Shown: positions 62,953-64,000 of the stretch, piece after piece
Position numbering within the stretch: the stretch's first letter is position 1
Layout of the letters: each line of letters starts with the position of its first letter
Assembly (NCBI RefSeq): GCF_009914755.1
Contig: NC_060934.1
Length of the DNA: 64,000 nucleotides
Reading direction: 5' to 3' (one strand)
Source of the DNA: the human T2T-CHM13v2.0 reference genome, Homo sapiens
Program-made: the position numbers and the translations under genes
The notes under the pieces: generated by a model
Seen by the model: only the letters and a program-made list of their open reading frames with translations
What the model was told of the DNA's origin: nothing
The model's database searches: none

Positions 62953-63441
62953 TAGCCCAAGCTGGTCTTGAACTCCTGGCCTCAAGTCATCTTCCTGCCT
63001 CAGTCTCCTAAAATGCTGGGATCACAGGCATGAAACACTGCTCCTGGTCCTTACTTTTAACTGGCCGGGCACGCTGGTTCACACCTGTAATCCCAGCACT
63101 AGGGGAGGCCAAGGTGGGTGGATGGCTTGAGCCCAGTTAGAGACCAGCCAGGGCAACATGGCGAAAACATGTCTCTACAAAAAATACAAAAATTAGCCAG
63201 GTGTGATGGTGTGAGCCTGCAGTCCTAGCTACTTGGGGGGCTGAAGTGGGAAGATTGCTTGAGCCTGGGTAGGTCCAGGCTGTGCTGAGCTGTGATCATG
63301 CCTCTGCACTCCAGCCTGGGCAACAGAATGAGACCCTGTCTCAAAAAAATAAAATAAAACAATTAGTAGTGAATATTCTATTTCAAATAGGGGAATGCAT
63401 AGGAAAAAGACTCACTTCAGTGTATTCTGTTGTTATTTCAG

Positions 63442-63563
63442 ACCAAAACCTTGTGTGACTGAGCTGAAGAGCAGTGCATCCAGATTCTCCTCAGAAGTGA
63501 GACTTTCCAAAGGACCAATGACTCTGTTTCCTGTGCCCTTTCATTTTTTCCTACTCTGTAGCT
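63442..63563 (+). other. TET1: TET1 exon 2, 5'UTR portion
   Basis: Acceptor ttctgttgttatttcag|ACCAAAACC at 63441/63442, continuous to the ATG at 63564. Confidence 0.85.
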
Positions 63564-64000
63564 ATGTCTCGATCCCGCCATGCAAGGCCTTCCAGATTAG
63601 TCAGGAAGGAAGATGTAAACAAAAAAAAGAAAAACAGCCAACTACGAAAGACAACCAAGGGAGCCAACAAAAATGTGGCATCAGTCAAGACTTTAAGCCC
63701 TGGAAAATTAAAGCAATTAATTCAAGAAAGAGATGTTAAGAAAAAAACAGAACCTAAACCACCCGTGCCAGTCAGAAGCCTTCTGACAAGAGCTGGAGCA
63801 GCACGCATGAATTTGGATAGGACTGAGGTTCTTTTTCAGAACCCAGAGTCCTTAACCTGCAATGGGTTTACAATGGCGCTACGAAGCACCTCTCTTAGCA
63901 GGCGACTCTCCCAACCCCCACTGGTCGTAGCCAAATCCAAAAAGGTTCCACTTTCTAAGGGTTTAGAAAAGCAACATGATTGTGATTATAAGATACTCCC
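63564..64000 (+). CDS. TET1: TET1 methylcytosine dioxygenase, start of CDS in exon 2 (truncated by window end)
   Basis: Open from ATG 63564 to the window end: MSRSRHARPSRLVRKEDVNKKKKNSQLRKTTKGANKNVASVKTLSPGKLKQLIQERDVKKK...KQHDCDYKIL, the recognised TET1 N-terminus. It is presumably missing from the ORF track because no stop codon is reached. Confidence 0.97.
   Translation, partial: MSRSRHARPSRLVRKEDVNKKKKNSQLRKTTKGANKNVASVKTLSPGKLKQLIQERDVKKKTEPKPPVPVRSLLTRAGAARMNLDRTEVLFQNPESLTCNGFTMALRSTSLSRRLSQPPLVVAKSKKVPLSKGLEKQHDCDYKIL

Noticed and set aside
63395-63517. 5' part of the 114-aa ORF 63395-63739
   Set aside because: Its ATG is intronic, upstream of the 63441 acceptor; only the part from ATG 63518 is in the mRNA.

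Overview
Primate (most likely human) genomic DNA, extremely Alu-rich, recognisable as the SLC25A16 / TMEM14DP / TET1 locus. The minus strand carries SLC25A16 coding exons 1 (18462-18591) and 2 (7983-8075) with a CpG-island promoter. The plus strand carries the TET1 CpG-island promoter, non-coding exon 1 (to 51964) and the start of coding exon 2 (63442; ATG 63564, running off the window). Within and between the genes lie a full-length HERV-K LTR5_Hs solo LTR, two same-orientation LTR10C-like solo LTRs bracketing SLC25A16 exons 1-2, an Alu-shredded class III (LTR47/ERVL47-like) provirus, a MER21-like LTR, two young AluYa5 copies and an intact-ORF TMEM14B retrocopy. Nearly all ORFs in the supplied track are Alu or GC-rich artefacts. 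I found no evidence of a wholly new gene system. The best leads are: (i) an Alu and the TMEM14B cDNA enclosed by one target-site duplication, suggesting a chimeric retrogene; (ii) a second acceptor 2 nt before the TET1 ATG that would remove an overlapping upstream ORF; (iii) LTR and young-Alu architecture around SLC25A16 exons 1-2. Gene and repeat names come from recognition, not database searches.
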